Shown: one piece after another, positions 11,314 through 21,019 of the stretch
Position numbering within the stretch: the stretch's first letter is position 1
How the letters are laid out: each line of letters starts with the position of its first letter
Assembly: GCA_944349735.1 (NCBI GenBank)
Contig: CALVNM010000002.1
Coordinates: 242 to 64,241, forward strand
DNA from: an uncultured Clostridia bacterium
Lineage (GTDB): Bacteria; Bacillota; Clostridia; Christensenellales; DTU072
Direction of reading: 5' to 3'
Length of the DNA stretch: 64,000 nt
Made by a program: the position numbers and the translations under genes
The notes under the pieces: model-generated
What the model saw: only the letters and a program-made list of their open reading frames with translations
Told to the model about the DNA's origin: nothing
Databases searched by the model: none

Positions 11314-12894
11314 TTATTCTTTGATAACGGAATGCTCCCAGCAATCGGGCGCACGGTATCCCATAAGTTCTACTACGGTAGCCGCAACGTTGGCAAGTCC
11401 GATACTTCCTTCTTCCTCGAGCGCCTTGACGGAAGAATTATAAATAATAAAAGGCACGGGGTTCAGACTGTGCGCGGTACGCACCGCGAGAGCGCCTTTT
11501 TTATTTTTCTCCAGCATCTGATCGGCGTTTCCGTGGTCGGCGGTTATCACGAGTACGGAATCGGTCTCGTCGATAACGGGAAGTATGCGTTGGATACCGA
11601 GATCCACAGCTTCAACGCCTATCACCGTAGCGTCCATATTGCCGGTATGTCCTACCATGTCGCCGTTGGGGTAATTGAGACGTATGAATCCGTATTTACG
11701 GGAACGTATCGCCTCTATGACCTTATCGGTTATCTCTGCCGATTTCATCCAGGGACGCTCGTCGAAAGACACTTTATCGGAAGGTATCTCCTCGAAGGTT
11801 TCCAGCTTCTCGCTGAATTTCTCGCTGCGGTTGCCGTTCCAAAAATAGGTGACGTGACCGTATTTCTGCGTTTCGGACACCGCGTATTGCGCGACGCCCT
11901 TCTCGACGAGGAATTCGCTCAGAGTGTGTTTGATGCAGGGCGGCTCCACCAAAAATCTCTTGGGAAGCGCGAGATCTCCGTCATACTGAAGCATTCCCGC
12001 ATAGAGAACGTCCGGAACTCTGCCGCGGTCGAAAGCGGAGAAATCCTTGTCGTCGAACGCTTCGCTTATCTCTATCGCGCGGTCGCCGCGGAAATTGAAA
12101 AGGATAACGGAATCGCCGTCCTCTATCGTACCTACGGGTTTGCCGTTCTCGGTGATAACGAAAGGAGGAAGATCCTGGTCGATAACGCCTTCGTTCTCTT
12201 TGCGGTAGGTCTCTATGGCTTCGGTTGCGGAAGCGAATCCCCTGCCCTCTCCGTGGACGTGGACGTCGTAACCCTTCTTAACCATATCCCAGTTGGCGCG
12301 ATAGCGATCCATGGTTATCTTCATTCTTCCGCCGCCGGAAGCGATCCTTCCGTCGAAGCCCGCGGCGTTGAGCTCCGCGAGTTTCGCTTCGAGCTCGTCA
12401 ACGTATACGAGCGCCGAAGTGGCGGGAACGTCCCTTCCGTCGAGAAGGATATGCACGCGCGCTTTTTTGATGCCCTGCGCTTTACACGCTTCGAGCATAC
12501 TGAGAAGGTGCGAGATGTTGGAGTGTACGTTGCCGTCCGACAAAAGCCCTATGAAGTGCATCGTGGAAGATTTTTTAAGACAATTCTCCTTGAGTTCCGT
12601 CCACGCTTTAGAAGCGTATATCGCCCCTGAAGAGATGCTTTCGTTGACGAGCTTTGCGCCCTGCGAATATATCTGACCGCAACCGAGCGCGTTATGTCCC
12701 ACCTCGGAATTTCCCATATCGTCGTCGGAGGGAAGTCCCACCGCAGTGCCGTGCGCCTTGAGATAGGTATGCGGACAGGTTGCGAGCAGCTTGTCTATGG
12801 CAGGCGTGCGCGCTTCGGATACGGCGTCGCCTATTCCGTCTGCGGATCTGCCGACGCCGTCCATAACTATCAAAACAACCTGTTTATCGCTCAT
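11314..12894 (-). CDS. gpmI: 2,3-bisphosphoglycerate-independent phosphoglycerate mutase
   Basis: 526 aa, MSDKQVVLIVMDGVGRS...DDDMGNSEVGHNALGCGQIY... and ...ITADHGNAD... (iPGM metal and Ser motifs). Confidence 0.97.
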   Translation of the reverse strand: MSDKQVVLIVMDGVGRSADGIGDAVSEARTPAIDKLLATCPHTYLKAHGTAVGLPSDDDMGNSEVGHNALGCGQIYSQGAKLVNESISSGAIYASKAWTELKENCLKKSSTMHFIGLLSDGNVHSNISHLLSMLEACKAQGIKKARVHILLDGRDVPATSALVYVDELEAKLAELNAAGFDGRIASGGGRMKITMDRYRANWDMVKKGYDVHVHGEGRGFASATEAIETYRKENEGVIDQDLPPFVITENGKPVGTIEDGDSVILFNFRGDRAIEISEAFDDKDFSAFDRGRVPDVLYAGMLQYDGDLALPKRFLVEPPCIKHTLSEFLVEKGVAQYAVSETQKYGHVTYFWNGNRSEKFSEKLETFEEIPSDKVSFDERPWMKSAEITDKVIEAIRSRKYGFIRLNYPNGDMVGHTGNMDATVIGVEAVDLGIQRILPVIDETDSVLVITADHGNADQMLEKNKKGALAVRTAHSLNPVPFIIYNSSVKALEEEGSIGLANVAATVVELMGYRAPDCWEHSVIKE

Positions 12895-12899
12895 AATTC

Positions 12900-13646
12900 T
12901 CAGTAATTGACGACTTTTGCGAAGTCCTCGGCTTTAAGAGAAGCGCCGCCGATAAGTCCGCCGTCGATCTCGGGCATAGCCATAAGCTCGGAAGCGTTCT
13001 TAGGATTCATGCTGCCGCCGTACTGGATGCGCATAGCGCCTGCAGCGGTTCTGCCGTACAGTTTGCGGATAGCTTTACGTATAACCGCGATGGTATTGTT
13101 GGCGTCCTCCGCGGTAGCGGTCTTGCCGGTGCCTATAGCCCATACGGGTTCGTATGCGACGACGATGCTCTTAAGAGCGATCTTCTCGAGTCCTTCGAAT
13201 GCGCCGTTGATCTGTCTCGTGACCACTTCGTTGGTCTTGCCGGCTTCGCGCTCTTCGAGCGTTTCGCCTACGCAAACGATGGCTTTAAGTCCCGCGCCTA
13301 CTGCTGCTTTGACTCTGGCGTTGACGGAAGCGTCGGTCTCGCCGAAGTACTGTCTTCTCTCACTGTGTCCGATGATGACGTATTCGACTTTGAGTTCCTT
13401 GAGCATTTCGGCGGAAATCTCACCGGTGAACGCGCCTTTGGGCGCCCAGTGTACGTTCTGCGCTCCGAGTTTGATTTTGGTGCCGCGTATGGCTTTACGT
13501 GCGGTGTCTATATCGGTGAAAGGTACGCAAACCACTACTTCGCATTTAGCGTCTTTGACGAGAGGAGCAAGCTCGGTAAGTAATGCTTTGGTGCCTGCGT
13601 TGGTGTTGTTCATTTTCCAGTTGCCTGCAATGATAGGTCTTTTCAT
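12900..13646 (-). CDS. tpiA: triosephosphate isomerase
   Basis: 248 aa, IIAGNWKMN..., IIGHSERR, AYEPVWAIGTGKTAT. Confidence 0.98.
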   Translation of the reverse strand: MKRPIIAGNWKMNNTNAGTKALLTELAPLVKDAKCEVVVCVPFTDIDTARKAIRGTKIKLGAQNVHWAPKGAFTGEISAEMLKELKVEYVIIGHSERRQYFGETDASVNARVKAAVGAGLKAIVCVGETLEEREAGKTNEVVTRQINGAFEGLEKIALKSIVVAYEPVWAIGTGKTATAEDANNTIAVIRKAIRKLYGRTAAGAMRIQYGGSMNPKNASELMAMPEIDGGLIGGASLKAEDFAKVVNY

Positions 13647-13775
13647 TTCGATTTCTCCTTTTATAAAAATATGTAGAGCGCCGCGTACGGCGCGCCGACC
13701 GTTTGTATCACAGCCGTCCGCGCCTTATACGGCGCGGAACGGTATTGTCTGAGAATTTGAGCCGTATGATCTGTA

Positions 13776-15047
13776 TTATTTGTTGTCGAGACAAGCCACT
13801 CCGGGAAGTTCGAGTCCTTCGAGGAACTCGAGAGAAGCGCCGCCGCCCGTCGAAATATGGGTCATCTTATCGGCAAATCCGAGCTGTTTGACGGCAGCCG
13901 CGGAATCTCCTCCGCCGATTATCGTGGTGGCGTCGGTCTCGGCGAGCGCTTTCGCTACCGCTATGGTGCCTGCCGCAAGCGTGGGGTTCTCGAACACGCC
14001 CATAGGTCCGTTCCAGATAACGGTCTTAGCGTTCTTCACCGCGTCTGCGTATATCTCGCGGGTCTTGCTGCCGATGTCGAGTCCCATCATATCGTCGGGA
14101 ATGGCGTCGGAAGCGTATTCCTTGACTTCCACCGCGCCGTCGATGGGATCGGGGAATGCCTTGGCTACTACGGTATCGACGGGAAGGAGCATATTGACGC
14201 CTTTTGCCGCCGCTTTGTCGATGAGTTCTTTCGCAAGATCCACTTTGTCAAGCTCGCAGAGGCTGGTGCCCACGCCGTAGCCTTTCGCTTTGAAGAAGGT
14301 GTACGCCATAGCGCCGCCGATAATGAGAGTATCGACCTTCTCGATGAGATTATTGATAACGCCGATCTTGTCGGAAACTTTCGCTCCGCCGAGGATAGCG
14401 ACGAAAGGACGAACGGGATTCTCGAGAGCGCCGCCCATGACGTCGAGTTCCTTGCCGATCAGGAAACCGGCTACCGCTGCTTCGCAGAGGCCGTATTGCG
14501 CTATACCGGCAGTCGAAGCATGCGCGCGGTGAGCGGTACCGAACGCGTCGTTAACGTAAATATCGCAGAAACGCGCGAGCGCTTTGCAGAAGTTCTCGTC
14601 GTTCTTGGTCTCCTCTTCGTGGAAGCGGAGGTTCTCGAGAAGCACGACTTCGCCGTCTTTGCAAGCGGCTACCGCGGCTTCGGCGGCGGGTCCTATCACG
14701 TCGGAAGCGAAAGTGACTTTGCCGTCGAGAAGCTCGTTGAGACGTGCCGCAACGGGCTTGAGGGAGCACTTCTTGAGAGTGAGAGCGACGAGTTCATCGC
14801 GGGTCTTGCCCTCGTCCTCGGGTTTGATTTTCTTGATTTTTTCGTTGAAGATATTATAAGGTCTGCCCAGATGAGAGCAAAGAATTACCTTCGCGCCCTG
14901 CTCCATGAGATATTTGATGGTGGGAAGCGCGCCGTTGATACGGTTCTCGTCGGTGATGACTCCGCCCTTCATGGGGACGTTGAGATCCACGCGGACAAGG
15001 CATTTCTTACCTTTTACGTTTACGTCTAAAATGGTTTTTTTGTTCAT
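13776..15047 (-). CDS. pgk: phosphoglycerate kinase
   Basis: 423 aa, [13 protein letters not shown]..., ...[10 protein letters not shown]..., ...[15 protein letters not shown]. Carries a ~20-aa insertion after SHLGRP relative to typical Pgk. Confidence 0.97.
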   Translation of the reverse strand: MNKKTILDVNVKGKKCLVRVDLNVPMKGGVITDENRINGALPTIKYLMEQGAKVILCSHLGRPYNIFNEKIKKIKPEDEGKTRDELVALTLKKCSLKPVAARLNELLDGKVTFASDVIGPAAEAAVAACKDGEVVLLENLRFHEEETKNDENFCKALARFCDIYVNDAFGTAHRAHASTAGIAQYGLCEAAVAGFLIGKELDVMGGALENPVRPFVAILGGAKVSDKIGVINNLIEKVDTLIIGGAMAYTFFKAKGYGVGTSLCELDKVDLAKELIDKAAAKGVNMLLPVDTVVAKAFPDPIDGAVEVKEYASDAIPDDMMGLDIGSKTREIYADAVKNAKTVIWNGPMGVFENPTLAAGTIAVAKALAETDATTIIGGGDSAAAVKQLGFADKMTHISTGGGASLEFLEGLELPGVACLDNK

Positions 15048-15082
15048 AGTAGTCTCCTGACAAAAAATTATTTCCGTGAGAT

Positions 15083-15111
15083 ATTATATCACCGAGAAAA
15101 AAAGACGGCAA
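15083..15111 (-). promoter_or_regulatory. candidate promoter of pgk-tpiA-gpmI
   Basis: The minus strand reads TTGCCG - 17 nt - TATAAT with an extended TGa just upstream of the -10. It lies ~35 nt upstream of the pgk ATG. Confidence 0.5.
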
Positions 15112-15169
15112 TAATATTCTAATAAAAAATTATAAATTTTCTTAAAGATATTTCGCAATTTCTATAAAA

Positions 15170-16141
15170 TCAGACCATACTCTCCGAATAAAGTCGGCTG
15201 AAGGCTTCCGCGACCTTCAGGATGTCATCCGCGCAGGAAGCGGCGAAGGCTCTGAGCTTGAGATCTTTGCCGCCGCGCAAGCCGTACGCGTAAGCGGCGA
15301 TATGCTTTTTCATGCAATTAACGGCGACTTTTTCGGGCATAACGGCGGAAATTATCGAAAAATGCTCCGCGATCAACGCGCCCCTGTCTATATCCGGATA
15401 TTCTCCTCGGAGTTCGGAAAATATATATGGTCTTCCCATAGCGGCGCGCGCCACGGCGACGCCGTCCGCGCCGGTTTCCTCGAGTGTGCGCAGGTAAGAA
15501 TCCCGATCCGTCACGTCGCCGTTGGCGATAACGGGTATCGAAACGCTCTCTTTCACCTTTTTGATTATCTCTCTGTCCGACTTCCCCGAATAGAACATGT
15601 CGCGCGTTCTGCCGTGAACGGTGACGGCGGAGGCTCCCGCCGATTCTATGACTGCGGCTATCTCGGGCGCGTTGCGCTCGCAGGAGGTAAAGCCCGCGCG
15701 TATTTTCGCGGTTACCGGTCTTTTGTCCGCGCTTTCCACCGCCGCGCAGACAACTTCTTTGAGCCTGACCGGGTCCCGCATGAGCGCGGAACCTTCTCCG
15801 TTACGCACTATCTTAGGCACAGGACAGCCGAAGTTAAGGTCGATAAGCGCGAATTTAGCTATCGCGGGGTGCTTTACCGCTTTGGCTATAAATTCCGGTT
15901 CGCTTCCGAAAAGCTGTACGGCGAGTATTTTTTCGCGCGGATCCGTGGCAAGGAGAGCTTCGGTATTGTCGCTGCCGTACACCAATCCTTTGGCGGAAAT
16001 CATCTCGGTATGCGCAAGCGACGCGCCGTAACGGTACGCCAGCACTCTCTGCCCGACGTCGCTGTATCCCGCTACCGCGGGCATCACGAGATCGCCGTCG
16101 AGAATAATATTTCCAATTTTGATACCGCGCCCTTCCGACAT
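15170..16141 (-). CDS. dus: tRNA-dihydrouridine synthase
   Basis: 323 aa TIM-barrel flavoenzyme pattern ...IDLNFGCPVPKIVRNGEGSALMRDP... and ...VTVHGRTR.... Confidence 0.9.
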   Translation of the reverse strand: MSEGRGIKIGNIILDGDLVMPAVAGYSDVGQRVLAYRYGASLAHTEMISAKGLVYGSDNTEALLATDPREKILAVQLFGSEPEFIAKAVKHPAIAKFALIDLNFGCPVPKIVRNGEGSALMRDPVRLKEVVCAAVESADKRPVTAKIRAGFTSCERNAPEIAAVIESAGASAVTVHGRTRDMFYSGKSDREIIKKVKESVSIPVIANGDVTDRDSYLRTLEETGADGVAVARAAMGRPYIFSELRGEYPDIDRGALIAEHFSIISAVMPEKVAVNCMKKHIAAYAYGLRGGKDLKLRAFAASCADDILKVAEAFSRLYSESMV

Positions 16142-16148
16142 AACGACG

Positions 16149-17174
16149 TCATTCCTCGGCTTTCGCTTCCCGATAATACTTTTCCATCGCGTCGATATTC
16201 CCGGGAACGAGGTCTATTCCGTTCTCCGCGCATTTTTTCTCGACATAAAGAAACCTTTTCACGAATCTGTTGGTGGTGCCGTTGAGCGCGGTTTCCGGAT
16301 CTATATCGTGCATCCTGAGCGTATTGACAACCGCAAACAGCATGTCTCCGCCCTCTTTCTCACGTTCCTCGGGAGACGATGCACGATCGAATTCTTCCGC
16401 TTCTTCGTATATCTTCGCGGCGGCGTCCTTAGGAGACGCGAAATCGAATCCCGTTTTCTTGATGATCTTCTGCACCTTGTACGCTCTCATCAGCGCCCCG
16501 AACGTGACCGGCACCGAATCTATCTTGTCTTTTATACTGTGATAGCCTTTTTCGACGGCTTTGGCTTGCTCCCAGTTTTTGAGCGCCTCTGCGGCGTCGT
16601 CGGCTTTCTTGTCTCCGAATATATGAGTGTGCCTGAAAACCAGTTTGCGGCACAGGTTGTTGACGAGATCGTTAGCGGTGAATAAACCCTCTTCCTCCGC
16701 GATGGACGCGTGGAAAAGTCCCTGCAGCATGACGTCGCCGCTCTCTTCCACCATTTTTTCGCGGTCCTTGAGATCGACGGCTTCGGCAAGTTCGTAAGCT
16801 TCCTCTATCGCGCAGCTGCGTATGCTTTCGTGAGTCTGCGCTCTGTCCCAGGGACATCCGTCGGGATCGCGGAGCCTTGCGATTATCTCGAGAAGGTCGC
16901 CGTATGTGAAATAATCTCTCGCGGTGAAATCCGCGCATTTGACTATGAGACGGGGAGCGTATTCCAGATTTTCCGCCGCTTTTTCTTCGCTTTCTCCGCG
17001 GTCGTTCATTATAACTATCACAGCGTTCGGACCGAAGTTGGACAGTATTTTGGCTTTTACCGCCGGAAAAAGCTCTTCGGTGATACCGTCGATTATAATC
17101 GGAATATTACATTCGAAATTGCGTATCTTGCGCTCGGTAAAGTCCGATGCGGTAAAATATGTAAAGGAATTCAT
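16149..17174 (-). CDS. mazG: MazG-family nucleoside triphosphate pyrophosphohydrolase (YabN-like position)
   Basis: 341 aa with tandem MazG repeats (...CPWDRAQTHESIRSCAIEEAYELAEAV... and ...AAKIYEEAEEF...). The N-terminal ~95 aa have no affinity I can recognise. Sits downstream of the flippase and spoVT, as yabN does in Bacillus. Confidence 0.85.
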   Translation of the reverse strand: MNSFTYFTASDFTERKIRNFECNIPIIIDGITEELFPAVKAKILSNFGPNAVIVIMNDRGESEEKAAENLEYAPRLIVKCADFTARDYFTYGDLLEIIARLRDPDGCPWDRAQTHESIRSCAIEEAYELAEAVDLKDREKMVEESGDVMLQGLFHASIAEEEGLFTANDLVNNLCRKLVFRHTHIFGDKKADDAAEALKNWEQAKAVEKGYHSIKDKIDSVPVTFGALMRAYKVQKIIKKTGFDFASPKDAAAKIYEEAEEFDRASSPEEREKEGGDMLFAVVNTLRMHDIDPETALNGTTNRFVKRFLYVEKKCAENGIDLVPGNIDAMEKYYREAKAEE

Positions 17175-17194
17175 GCTGCCTCCGGCGCGGAAAT

Positions 17195-18781
17195 TTATTC
17201 CGCGCGTTTTATTTTCAATTTTTCGCTGAGCGCCGCCAGTTTGGTGCCGAGCGGCAAACTCAGAAGCTCGCTTTTACGGAACACGGGGATCACGAATAAA
17301 GCGGCGAGATACACGACTCCGGCAAGTGCTGCTACGACAAGCGTAAGGATACGCGAGTCTCCGTAAACCGCGGCAAGCGGAACGGGCAGGCATATTATAA
17401 CACCGCTTAAGAGGATTACGCCACTGTTTTTGAGCATATCCGGGTTTTTGCCGGTGAGTCTTGTAAGCGACGCGGCGTTAAGGACGGCAGCTGCCGTAAA
17501 AGCCGCAAGAGAAGCTATCGCCACGCCTTCTATACCTACGGTGAAAAGCAATACCACGTCCGCCGCGACTTTGACCGCTCCGCCTATAGCGAGATTTATT
17601 ATCGGGGTACGTGTATCTCCCAAGCCCTGTTGCACCGACACGCAAATCTGCATGACGGCAAGCGACACCACGGTGAGCGCGCTTATACGGAGAAGCGACG
17701 CGGCTTCCGCAAGCTCCGCTTCCGAGAGCGCGGGATAAAGCACGCCCAGCACCTCCGTCGGCGCAACGAGGAAAAGCGCGGCGAAAGGCACTCCTATCGC
17801 TACGGATACTTTTACGGCGGTGGCGAGCTTAAGGCGTATGGCGTAAATATCGTGTTCCGTCTTGTTTTTGGCAAGATGCGGCACCACCGCCACACCTACG
17901 GCGAGAGCGAACGTGACGGGGAGATTTATGAGCGTATTCACCGGACCGGACAGCAGACCGTAGCTTGCCGTAGCCGCCGACGTGCCTAAGACGGGCGAAA
18001 GAATATTCACCACGAGGAAAGAATCCACGAACTGCGTGAGCGGAAATATCATACTGCCCACCGTTATCGGCATAGATATACGCAATATGGCTTTGTATTC
18101 TTCTTTTGCCGCTCTGTAATTCAATTTCAGTTTCAGAGGCGGGTTGTCGCGTCTGTACATAAGGTAGAGTATGAGCAGCGTGATACCTTCCGCCGCGCTT
18201 ACTCCTATAAGCGCCCCCGCCACGGCGAAGGCTATCCCGTAACCTTTCAGAAAATACGCAAGCAGAAGTCCCACCGCCAGCTTGACCGCGGCTTCCGAGA
18301 TCTGCGAAAGCGCGCTCGGGCGCATATCGGCTTTGCCCTGGAACCAACCTTTGAATACCGCGATACCCGAAACAAAAAATATCGAAGGCGCTATGGCGAT
18401 ATATCCCCACTTCGTGTCCGCCGAGCCTTGGAGTTCGCCGAGCACGCCCGAAAAAAGCACCAACGCCGAAGAAAGCGCGATACCGGCTATCAATAAAGCC
18501 GCCAGAGCGGAACGCACGAGCTTACGAGCTTCCTCGGTCTTACCTTCACTTGTAGCTGAAGCTACCAAAACTGAGACGGCTAACGGCAACGCCCCGCTCG
18601 ACGAAGTCAAGATGAGCGAATATACCGGATAAATAAGCTGATAAACGCCCATACCTTCCGCGCCGAGTATGTTGGTAAGCGGAATACGGTAACACGCGCC
18701 CAAAACTTTGGCGAGCACCGTGGCGAGCATTATAAGAGTTGCACCCCTCAGGAAGGAGCGCGTTTCCCTTTTCTCTTTCAC
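17195..18781 (-). CDS. MOP-superfamily (polysaccharide/lipid II type) flippase, YabM/SpoVB-like
   Basis: 528 aa with ~14 predicted TM segments. N terminus ...FLRGATLIMLATVLAKVLGACYRIPLTNILGAEGMGVYQLIYPVY is typical of this family. Synteny with spoVT. Confidence 0.85.
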   Translation of the reverse strand: MKEKRETRSFLRGATLIMLATVLAKVLGACYRIPLTNILGAEGMGVYQLIYPVYSLILTSSSGALPLAVSVLVASATSEGKTEEARKLVRSALAALLIAGIALSSALVLFSGVLGELQGSADTKWGYIAIAPSIFFVSGIAVFKGWFQGKADMRPSALSQISEAAVKLAVGLLLAYFLKGYGIAFAVAGALIGVSAAEGITLLILYLMYRRDNPPLKLKLNYRAAKEEYKAILRISMPITVGSMIFPLTQFVDSFLVVNILSPVLGTSAATASYGLLSGPVNTLINLPVTFALAVGVAVVPHLAKNKTEHDIYAIRLKLATAVKVSVAIGVPFAALFLVAPTEVLGVLYPALSEAELAEAASLLRISALTVVSLAVMQICVSVQQGLGDTRTPIINLAIGGAVKVAADVVLLFTVGIEGVAIASLAAFTAAAVLNAASLTRLTGKNPDMLKNSGVILLSGVIICLPVPLAAVYGDSRILTLVVAALAGVVYLAALFVIPVFRKSELLSLPLGTKLAALSEKLKIKRAE

Positions 18782-18783
18782 CT

Positions 18784-19302
18784 TTATACTCTCGAAGCAA
18801 AGAACGCTGCCGCCGTTTCTGCGGTCTTTGCGGCAAGCTCGCTTGCGGGTTTAGAGGAGAGGATCACTACGCCGCCCATGACATCGCCGCCGCTGATTAT
18901 CGGAGCGACTACCGCGGAACGGTATTCCGCTTTGCCCGCAAATACATCGTCCGCTCCCGTGAATTCCGTTCGTCTCCTTCCTTCGTAAGCGGACAACAAT
19001 TTGTCGGAAACGGGATCGCCTATGCGAATACCTTTGATGTCACCGCTGACGGCGACCACTTTGTCGTTGTCCGTTATCACGGCGGTAAGTCCAGTCGCTC
19101 CGTATACGCTCGAAGCGTAATCGTGTCTGAAATCGGCAAGCTCTTCCATCGCGGAATACTTTTTCAATACGAGCGCGTTGTCGTCGGTTGTAAAAACTTC
19201 GAGTTCTTCGCCCTCGCGTATCCTCATGGTACGCCTCAATTCTTTAGGTATGACGACTCTTCCGAGCTCGTCCATTCTTCTCACAATTCCTGTAGCACGC
19301 AT
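18784..19302 (-). CDS. spoVT: stage V sporulation regulator SpoVT (AbrB-type N-terminal domain + GAF-like C-terminal domain)
   Basis: 172 aa, MRATGIVRRMDELGRVVIPKELRRTMRIREGEELEVF (SpoVT/AbrB swapped-hairpin motif). Length and gene neighbourhood match spoVT. Confidence 0.88.
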   Translation of the reverse strand: MRATGIVRRMDELGRVVIPKELRRTMRIREGEELEVFTTDDNALVLKKYSAMEELADFRHDYASSVYGATGLTAVITDNDKVVAVSGDIKGIRIGDPVSDKLLSAYEGRRRTEFTGADDVFAGKAEYRSAVVAPIISGGDVMGGVVILSSKPASELAAKTAETAAAFFASRV

Positions 19303-19401
19303 AATCGTTTCTCCTTACGATAGCGTGTGCAAATTAAGGGAAAAAATTTCATAAATATATGTTATAATTTAATTGCCGTATACGGCTACAAGGAGGCACA
19401 C

Positions 19402-21000
19402 ATGCAGATAAAGTTTTTAGGAGCGGCAAGAGAGGTGACCGGCAGTTGTTATCTCGTGACCGTGGGCGGCAAAAACATACTTATCGACTGCGGCATGGAG
19501 CAAGGACCGGACATATACGAATCCCAGGGATTGCCCGTAGCGCCCTCGGCGATTGACGCGGTTCTGCTCACACACGCGCATATCGACCACTCGGGAAGAC
19601 TGCCTTTGCTTTATAAAAACGGGTACCGCAACAAAATTTTCTTGACGTGCGCATCGCGCGATCTTTGTAGACTAATGCTTATGGATTCCGCTCACATACA
19701 GGAGCAGGATGCGAAGTGGCGCAACCGTAAAGCCAAACGCGGCGCATATACCGCATACACTCCGTTATACGATTCGGAGGACGCCGAAAAGACGCTCGGA
19801 CTGATACGTGGGATAGACTACGACGACGAAGTGGACGTTACCGACGGTATCAAGGCTAGATTCATAGACGCGGGACACCTGCTCGGCTCGTCGTACGTAG
19901 AGCTCAGGCTTACCGAAAACGGCGTTACGAAAACGGTACTGTTTTCGGGCGACATCGGTAACGTGCACAAACCGATAATACGCGATCCGTCCGTCGTTAC
20001 GAAAGCCGATTACGTGATAATGGAAAGTACTTACGGCGACCGGTCTCACGGCGACGATCCCGATTACGCGAAACATCTTGCGGAAATCATCGAGCGCACA
20101 TTCAAGCGCGGCGGCAACGTGGTGATACCTACGTTCGCGGTGGGCAGGATGCAGGAAATGCTGTATTTTCTGCGCGAAGTGAAGCGCGGTAAAATGGTAA
20201 AGGATTTCCCCGACTTCGAAGTATACGTCGACTCGCCGCTCGCGATAGAGGCTACCGGAGTGTATTCACGCAACGTAGCCGAATACTGCGACGACGAAAC
20301 GCGCGCGCTTATCGACAAAGGGATAAATCCGATAGGCTTCGAGGGATTGAAGCTGTCGGTAACGAGCGAAGATTCCAAAGCGATCAACTACGATCCCACG
20401 CCGAAAGTGATCTTATCCGCTTCGGGAATGTGCGAAGCGGGCAGAGTGCGGCATCATCTCAAGCACAATCTGTGGCGTCCCGAAAGCACCATCGTGTTCG
20501 TGGGCTATCAGGTGCAGGGCACGCTCGGCAGGTCGCTTCTCGACGGTGCGAAAGCGGTAAAGCTTTTCAACGAAGCGGTGAAAGTGCGCGCGGAGATAGT
20601 GTCTTTGCAGGGCACGAGCTCTCACGCCGACAGAGAGGCGCTCATGGAATGGGTACACAATATTTCGCCGGCGCCGCAGAGAGTATTCGTCACTCACGGT
20701 GAGGACGAAGTGGCGTCGGGCTTTGCCGACGCATTATACCGTGCCTACGGACTGCGCGCGTTGGCTCCTTATCCCGGAAGCGCGTACGACCTGATCGCGG
20801 ACGAATGCGTGGAAAGCGGCAACACGAAGAAGAAAGCCCCGTCCGCGAATAAGTCGCGCAAAGTGTCCCCCGTTTACAAAGCTCTGCAAGCAGCGCTCGA
20901 CGAACTCGAACTTGCTGTCGCCGCAGCCGAAGGATATTCCAACCACGATCTCAAGGAAGCCACTAAAGCCATACGCAATATAACCGCCCGCTTACGTTGA
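19402..21000 (+). CDS. MBL-fold / beta-CASP metallo-hydrolase (RNA-metabolising type)
   Basis: The track ORF starts at GTG 19327. I prefer ATG 19402 (MQIKFLGAAREVTGSCYLV) because AGGAGG at 19391..19396 precedes it. HxHxDH motif LTHAHIDHSG. The C-terminal ~60 aa form a Lys/Ala-rich helical tail. Confidence 0.88.
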   Translation: MQIKFLGAAREVTGSCYLVTVGGKNILIDCGMEQGPDIYESQGLPVAPSAIDAVLLTHAHIDHSGRLPLLYKNGYRNKIFLTCASRDLCRLMLMDSAHIQEQDAKWRNRKAKRGAYTAYTPLYDSEDAEKTLGLIRGIDYDDEVDVTDGIKARFIDAGHLLGSSYVELRLTENGVTKTVLFSGDIGNVHKPIIRDPSVVTKADYVIMESTYGDRSHGDDPDYAKHLAEIIERTFKRGGNVVIPTFAVGRMQEMLYFLREVKRGKMVKDFPDFEVYVDSPLAIEATGVYSRNVAEYCDDETRALIDKGINPIGFEGLKLSVTSEDSKAINYDPTPKVILSASGMCEAGRVRHHLKHNLWRPESTIVFVGYQVQGTLGRSLLDGAKAVKLFNEAVKVRAEIVSLQGTSSHADREALMEWVHNISPAPQRVFVTHGEDEVASGFADALYRAYGLRALAPYPGSAYDLIADECVESGNTKKKAPSANKSRKVSPVYKALQAALDELELAVAAAEGYSNHDLKEATKAIRNITARLR

Positions 21001-21019
21001 AGCGTGGGAAGGGGTGATC

